This document shows, one piece after another, positions 27,108-32,000 of a DNA stretch of 32,000 nt. Source of the DNA: Opitutales bacterium (GTDB taxonomy: Bacteria; Verrucomicrobiota; Verrucomicrobiia; Opitutales; UBA9783); contig JBKSMP010000003.1 of the NCBI GenBank assembly GCA_046881885.1, positions 1 through 32,000 of the forward strand, given 5' to 3'. Positions within the stretch are counted from its first letter, which is position 1. Every line of letters begins with the position of its first letter. Below the pieces are notes generated by a model that was not told the DNA's origin, ran no database searches, and was given only the letters and a program-made list of their open reading frames with translations. The position numbers and the translations under genes are program-made.

Positions 27108-27615
27108 GCCTCCATTGGCTTTGTTTTTGGATCGTGATGGAACCTTGATTGTTGATGAAGGTTATTTATCGGATCCGCAACAAGTGTGCTTATTGCCTGA
27201 AGTTCGAGAAACATTGGCTGTTTTAAAGTCACAGGGTGCACTCTTCTTTTTACATTCCAATCAGAGTGGAGTTGGACGAGGTTATTATACGCTTAAAGAA
27301 GCAGAGGCTTGTAATCAACGCATGCTGGATCTTTTAGGCTTAGGAAATGATTTATTTACCGAAGTTTGCTTGGCAACAGGTACTCCAGAAAATCCTTGTC
27401 CTTACCGTAAACCTTCGCCACGCTTTATTTTAGAATGTATCCAAAAATATCATTTAGATCCTGAAAAGTGTTGGATGGTGGGGGATCGTTTATGTGATGT
27501 GGAAGCAGGTTTAGCTGCACATATAAACGCTATTTGTTTGGACCCAAAGGTAGAGATTCCTGTTGAAGGACACCATTGTCACTCTTTTGGTGAAATCTTG
27601 AATTTAGTACGGTAA
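27094..27615 (+). CDS. gmhB: D,D-heptose 1,7-bisphosphate phosphatase (HAD family)
   Basis: 173 aa. HAD motif I LFLDRDGTLIVD, HSNQSGVGRGY, RKPSP and GDRLCDVEAG. Overlaps the kinase gene by 14 nt. Confidence 0.85.
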   Translation: MRLHKPPLALFLDRDGTLIVDEGYLSDPQQVCLLPEVRETLAVLKSQGALFFLHSNQSGVGRGYYTLKEAEACNQRMLDLLGLGNDLFTEVCLATGTPENPCPYRKPSPRFILECIQKYHLDPEKCWMVGDRLCDVEAGLAAHINAICLDPKVEIPVEGHHCHSFGEILNLVR

Positions 27616-27750
27616 AATGAGGATGCGTTTTTGTTATTTAAAGTGATTTTTGTTTAAAAATACATACTATTTTGTTAGTTTTATAAGTTTTAAACAAGTA
27701 CTATTGCTTTTCCCTTGCTTTATTTAGTTATTTCGGCACTATTTTTATAA

Positions 27751-28671
27751 ATGCTTAGTTTATGTAGCAAACGGTTTTTAGATGCGCTTATTGTACTTTT
27801 TTGTTTAATGACGCTTACATTTTTTCTGGTGCGTTTTGTGCCGGGAGGGCCATTTGACTGTGAGCATGGGTTGGCAAAAGAAACCGAAGAAGCACTAGCA
27901 AAATTTTACGGCTACGATATGCCGTTAGGTAAGCAGTATATTCATTATTGTTCGCATTTGTTGCAAGGGGATTTTGGACCTTCGATGCGGTATCCAGGTT
28001 GTTCGGTTAATCAATTATTGAAGGAACATATACCGGTTAGTATTGAATTAGGTTTTTGGGCTATTTTAATTGCAGTGATAATTGGAGGAAGTTGTGGTTT
28101 GTTGGCTGCAGCTTTTCATAATTCATGGTTAGATAGGATTTTAATGAGCGGATGTTTGCTGGGACTTAGCTTACCTACATTTGTTTTAGGACCTATTCTT
28201 TTGTGGATTTTTGCACTAAAATGGGAATGGTTTCAAGCGGTGGGTTGGGATCATTGGAGCGATTGTATTTTACCTTCACTTACCTTAACGTGTATGTATT
28301 CAGGTTATATTGCTCGATTGATGCGTACAGCTTGCTTAGATACACTCGCACAAGATTTTATTCGAACAGCTCGCGCTAAAGGGGTAGGGGAGATTAGGCT
28401 TTTATTGTGCCATGTTTTAAAAAATGCGCTTGGACCTGTATTAACTTATTTAGGACCTGCAGCAGCAGCTATTATGAGTGGTTCGTTAGTCATTGAATCT
28501 CTTTTTCAAATTCCAGGTGCAGGTTCTTTATTTATCTCAGCAATTGGACAACGAGATATTTCTTTGGTTTTAGGAACGGTACTTTATTTTGCTGTACTTA
28601 TTCTTCTGTTTAATCTTTTAGTAGATATAGGTTTATTTTATTGTAATCCTAAGCAAAGGATGAATAAATGA
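27751..28671 (+). CDS. oppB: oligopeptide/dipeptide ABC transporter permease (OppB-like)
   Basis: 306 aa. FLVRFVPGGPF, LLQGDFGPS and the EAA-loop region FIRTARAKGVGEIRLLLCHVLKNALGPVLTYLGP parallel E. coli OppB. Confidence 0.88.
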   Translation: MLSLCSKRFLDALIVLFCLMTLTFFLVRFVPGGPFDCEHGLAKETEEALAKFYGYDMPLGKQYIHYCSHLLQGDFGPSMRYPGCSVNQLLKEHIPVSIELGFWAILIAVIIGGSCGLLAAAFHNSWLDRILMSGCLLGLSLPTFVLGPILLWIFALKWEWFQAVGWDHWSDCILPSLTLTCMYSGYIARLMRTACLDTLAQDFIRTARAKGVGEIRLLLCHVLKNALGPVLTYLGPAAAAIMSGSLVIESLFQIPGAGSLFISAIGQRDISLVLGTVLYFAVLILLFNLLVDIGLFYCNPKQRMNK

Positions 28672-29489
28672 GAGGTTTTGTTAAAGATTTAAGGAAAAAT
28701 CCTTGGCTTTATTTTCATTTAGGAATTTTGTTGTTTATTGGAATCGTTTGCTTTGTAGGGCCTTTTTTTTATCATCAAGATTATAGAACGCAAAATCTCC
28801 TTTTAGGGGCACAAGTACCCTCTAGTGAGCATATTCTTGGTACAGATGCTCTTGGAAGAGATTTGTTAGCGCGTTTATTGTATGGTGGACGTATTTCTAT
28901 TATCATTGGTTTTTTAGCGAGTGCAATAGCCATCGTCATAGGGCTTGTTTATGGAAGTTTAGCGGGGTTTATGGGAGGTACTATTGATCGTATTATGATG
29001 CGTATTATTGATATTCTCTATCCATTGCCTTTTACGCTTTTAATTATTTTAGTGATGTCGTTGGGAGGTAGGCATTTGTTTTTACTTATTTTAACAATGG
29101 GCTGTTTTAAGTGGTTAACGATGGCTCGAATGGTGCGTGCTCAAGTTATGAATTTGAAACTAAGTACATTTGTGCAATGTTCGCAAAGTATGGGGCAATC
29201 GGCTTGGGGGATTTGGTGTAAGCACATTTTCCCGAATTTAGTTAGTATTTTACTAGTGTACGGAACTTTGTTATTACCTAATATTATATTAGAAGAAGCC
29301 TTTGTAAGTTTCTTAGGTCTTGGCGTACAACCTCCTATGAGTTCTTGGGGTGTTCTTATCTTAGAAGGCGCACGACAAATGGAAACATGCCCCTGGTTAC
29401 TTTTGTTTCCTTGCTTGTTTTTTTCTTTAACCTTATTTTTGCTTAACTTTTTAGGTGATTGCTTAAGAGATAAATGGGGAATTAAATAA
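28668..29489 (+). CDS. oppC: oligopeptide/dipeptide ABC transporter permease (OppC-like)
   Basis: 273 aa. ILGTDALGRDLLARLLYGGRISIIIGF signature. 4-nt overlap with oppB. Confidence 0.88.
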   Translation: MRGFVKDLRKNPWLYFHLGILLFIGIVCFVGPFFYHQDYRTQNLLLGAQVPSSEHILGTDALGRDLLARLLYGGRISIIIGFLASAIAIVIGLVYGSLAGFMGGTIDRIMMRIIDILYPLPFTLLIILVMSLGGRHLFLLILTMGCFKWLTMARMVRAQVMNLKLSTFVQCSQSMGQSAWGIWCKHIFPNLVSILLVYGTLLLPNIILEEAFVSFLGLGVQPPMSSWGVLILEGARQMETCPWLLLFPCLFFSLTLFLLNFLGDCLRDKWGIK

Positions 29490-29490
29490 C

Positions 29491-29518
29491 AAAAAGAGAC
29501 CTTTTAAGGTCTCTTTTT
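29491..29518 (+). terminator. rho-independent terminator after oppC
   Basis: Stem AGAGACC (29495-29501) / GGTCTCT (29508-29514) followed by TTTT, immediately after the oppC stop. Confidence 0.7.
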
Positions 29519-29673
29519 ATTATTGGGTTTCTTTTTTTTAAATATCAGTAAAAGTTAATAGATCGCCAGCTTTATAATTTTCAGTAGCTAAAACCTGTGT
29601 ATTTGGATTTTGATGTTTTTACTGCTTTTATAAGTATCTGAAGAACAACAATGTAAATAATAGTATAAAAAAG

Positions 29674-31584
29674 ATGTTTAAATTTGCAAAAAAGAACTTG
29701 CAAGATATTTGGAAGTTCTACATTGTAGGGGCCATGAATAATGTTGAAGGACAAGGTGAAGCGTTGAAACGATTGCGCCATTCAGCTGCCCATATTCTAG
29801 GAGCTGCTGTTTTGCGTTTGTTTCCAAGTGCTAAATACGATATTGGTCCGTCTATTGAAAACGGATTTTATTATGATTTTGATTTGCCGCGAACTTTGAC
29901 AGCGAAAGATTTAGAAGTTATCGAAGCAGAAATGCGGAAGATTATTGCTGAAAACTTTCCTTTTGAGCGTTTAGAAGTTTCGCGTGCAGAGGCTCAAAAA
30001 CAAATGGAAGCTTTAGGTCAAACTTACAAGCTAGAACGTTTGGCAGATATTCCTGAAGGTGAAATTGTTTCCTTATATCGCAATGGAGAGTTTTTAGATT
30101 TGTGTCGTGGGCCTCATGTGGCTAATACTGGCGATGTAAAAGCTATAAAATTGTTGAGTATTGCTGCCTGTTATTATCGCGGAGATGAACGCAATCAGCA
30201 ATTACAACGTATTTATGGAACAGCCTTCTTTTCCGAAGCAGATTTGGAGAATTATCTTAAACAACTCGAGCTTGCCAAAGAACGTGATCATCGCAAGCTT
30301 GGAGTTAAGTTAAATCTGTTCACTATTGATAATTTGGTGGGGCAAGGCCTTGTTTTGTGGACTCCTAAAGGTACTATTTTACGTAGAAATCTGCAGTCTT
30401 TCCTTGAAAAGGAGCTTGAAAAACAAGGATATGTTCAGGTAATGACCCCCCATATTGGGAAGCTGGATTTGTTTAAGGTTTCCGGTCATTATCCGTATTA
30501 CAAAGACTCGCAATTTGCGCCTATTTGGGAACGCGATAGTTGGAACAAAGCGCTTGAAAGCTCAGAATCTTGTGAGGCGTTTCGTCAACACCTAGAAGAA
30601 CAAGTAGACGTTGAAGGTTTTCTTTTGAAGCCGATGAATTGTCCCATGCATGTTCGTTTGTATGCTTCGCAACCGCACTCTTACCGTGATTTGCCAGTTC
30701 GAATGGCTGAGTTTGGTACTGTTTACCGCTGGGAGCAATCAGGTGAATTAGGTGGCTTAACTCGTGTACGTGGGTTTACACAAGATGATGCCCATATTTT
30801 CTGTACAGAAGATCAGCTAGAGGATGAATTAGTCGGTTGTTTAAAGCTTATTAATGTTATCTTTACAACTCTGGGTATGAGTGATTATCGAGTTCGTATT
30901 TCTTTGAGAGATCCGGAGTCGGATAAGTATATCGGGGATGATGCTTTGTGGGAAAAAGCGGAAAATGGTCTTCGTAAGGCCGCACAGCATTTAGATAAGC
31001 CCGCTGTTGAAGCTAAGGGAGAAGCTGCTTTTTACGGTCCTAAATTGGACTTTATCGTTCGTGATGTGTTAGGTCGTGAGTGGCAGTTGGGAACTATCCA
31101 GGTAGACTATAATTTACCAAGTCGCTTCAAAATTAGTTACGTGGGCTCCGATAATCAAGCGCATACACCGATTATGATCCATCGTGCACCTTTTGGTTCT
31201 ATGGAGCGTTTTTGTGGCTTGTTGATCGAACATTTTGGTGGCGATTTCCCATTGTGGCTTTCCCCTGAACAAGTTCGTATTTTGCCAATCAATGATAGCT
31301 TGATTCCTTATGCAGACGAAATTTGTGCGCAGCTAAAAGCCTTGCAAATTCGTTGTACCGTAGATGATCATTCAGAGAAATTAGGAGCCAAAATTCGCCA
31401 AGCTGAAAGCGATAAAGTGCCTTATGTCTTTGTTGTTGGTGAGAAGGAAAAAGAAGTACGATCAGTTTCTGTCCGTTCGCGTTGCCAACCCAGCAATAAC
31501 GGTACTCACACCATCGAGGCTATCCTTGAACTCCTTCAAAAGGAAATTCAAGACCGCCTATTACCGGAGTCTATGCGTAAGTAA
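29674..31584 (+). CDS. thrS: threonyl-tRNA synthetase (no N-terminal TGS domain evident)
   Basis: 636 aa. Editing/second-additional-domain His motif RHSAAHILG near the N-terminus. Class II core (KPMNCPMH; YRWEQSGELGGLTRVRGFTQDDAHIF; HRAPFGSMERF). Anticodon-binding C-terminus. Alternative start ATG at 29734 (MNNVEG..). Confidence 0.93.
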   Translation: MFKFAKKNLQDIWKFYIVGAMNNVEGQGEALKRLRHSAAHILGAAVLRLFPSAKYDIGPSIENGFYYDFDLPRTLTAKDLEVIEAEMRKIIAENFPFERLEVSRAEAQKQMEALGQTYKLERLADIPEGEIVSLYRNGEFLDLCRGPHVANTGDVKAIKLLSIAACYYRGDERNQQLQRIYGTAFFSEADLENYLKQLELAKERDHRKLGVKLNLFTIDNLVGQGLVLWTPKGTILRRNLQSFLEKELEKQGYVQVMTPHIGKLDLFKVSGHYPYYKDSQFAPIWERDSWNKALESSESCEAFRQHLEEQVDVEGFLLKPMNCPMHVRLYASQPHSYRDLPVRMAEFGTVYRWEQSGELGGLTRVRGFTQDDAHIFCTEDQLEDELVGCLKLINVIFTTLGMSDYRVRISLRDPESDKYIGDDALWEKAENGLRKAAQHLDKPAVEAKGEAAFYGPKLDFIVRDVLGREWQLGTIQVDYNLPSRFKISYVGSDNQAHTPIMIHRAPFGSMERFCGLLIEHFGGDFPLWLSPEQVRILPINDSLIPYADEICAQLKALQIRCTVDDHSEKLGAKIRQAESDKVPYVFVVGEKEKEVRSVSVRSRCQPSNNGTHTIEAILELLQKEIQDRLLPESMRK

Positions 31585-31593
31585 GTTTAGATT

Positions 31594-31622
31594 GAGGGGG
31601 ATAATTCCCCCTTATTTTTTAT
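31594..31622 (+). terminator. rho-independent terminator after thrS
   Basis: Stem AGGGGG (31595-31600) / CCCCCT (31607-31612), loop ATAATT, followed by TATTTTTTATTT. Confidence 0.7.
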
Positions 31623-31746
31623 TTCTTCTTAAACGAATTTAATGATGATTTAAAAAAATGAAGAAATTTTAAGAAAATCCGTATTTGAATTTTTTAAAAT
31701 TTAAAGCTTTTCAGAATATGGCATATATTTTGCTTTATTGTATGAT

Positions 31747-32000
31747 ATGGTTGGTAGTGTTGGTGGTTATGATAGCAAGAATTATAATCTAGATAATTTG
31801 ACTAATAATGCGCAAAGTGCACTGCAATCTGCGGCAAAGAAAAAGCTCAAAAATCCTATTACTTCGTTTTTTAGAAAAACGTTTGCTAGTGAACGTCATA
31901 AAGCGCTGGAAAGTATGTCCCAAGGAGACTTTACTCAACGTGCTAACGTTAAGCCACGATTTAAAACTTTTGAATTTGGAAAAGCTTATTCTAAAATGGA
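31747..32000 (+). CDS. hypothetical protein, N-terminal part only (runs off the window edge)
   Basis: The frame is open from ATG 31747 to the window end: MVGSVGGYDSKNYNLDNLTNNAQSALQSAAKKKLKNPITSFFRKTFASERHKALESMSQGDFTQRANVKPRFKTFEFGKAYSKM. No recognisable domain. Confidence 0.35.
   Translation, partial: MVGSVGGYDSKNYNLDNLTNNAQSALQSAAKKKLKNPITSFFRKTFASERHKALESMSQGDFTQRANVKPRFKTFEFGKAYSKM

Noticed and set aside
29581-29781. 66-aa minus-strand ORF spanning the oppC-thrS intergenic region and the thrS start
   Set aside because: It is AT-rich, lacks any motif, overlaps the thrS 5' end and has no promoter or terminator context. It is likely spurious.

Overview
AT-rich bacterial chromosomal window (roughly high-30s % GC by eye, not computed) from a Gram-negative-type organism; it carries lipid A, Lpt and heptose genes. 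Shine-Dalgarno sequences are rare and genes are packed very tightly. I could not place the taxon. The lpxC-fabZ fusion is something I recall from Bacteroidota and some PVC lineages, but the long 591-aa primary sigma factor argues against Bacteroidota.

Layout:
- 1-5.7 kb looks accessory. It holds a sodium:solute-symporter/histidine-kinase hybrid, an HNH-like gene fragment, a heavily decayed IS30-family transposase interrupted by a 49-bp perfect palindrome, and a very AT-rich secreted protein with a possible nitrilase-superfamily triad.
- 5.8-12.2 kb is housekeeping: tRNA-Leu(GAG) abutting serS, then pyrG, ndk coupled to an atypical receiver-domain protein, an MFS transporter and hpf.
- 12.25-22.5 kb is one ~10 kb co-directional minus-strand block: M48 protease, HIT, lpxC-fabZ, lpxA, rlmD-like, lptF/G, dnaG, rpoD, marC.
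- 22.5-26.1 kb holds xseB, a YkuD-like L,D-transpeptidase, two divergent tandem secreted paralogs of unknown family, and a convergent M23 peptidase.
- 26.1-32 kb holds heptose kinase plus gmhB, oppBC permeases, thrS and a partial ORF.

No rRNA or CRISPR array was seen, and no intact mobile element.

Most notable observations: the unknown tandem paralog pair in a cell-wall neighbourhood, the transporter-kinase with degenerate ATP-binding boxes and its possible orphan partner fused operonically to ndk, the secreted C-N-hydrolase-like protein, a DnaG with most zinc ligands replaced, a C-terminal tail on RpoD, and several genes positioned for leaderless or near-leaderless expression.
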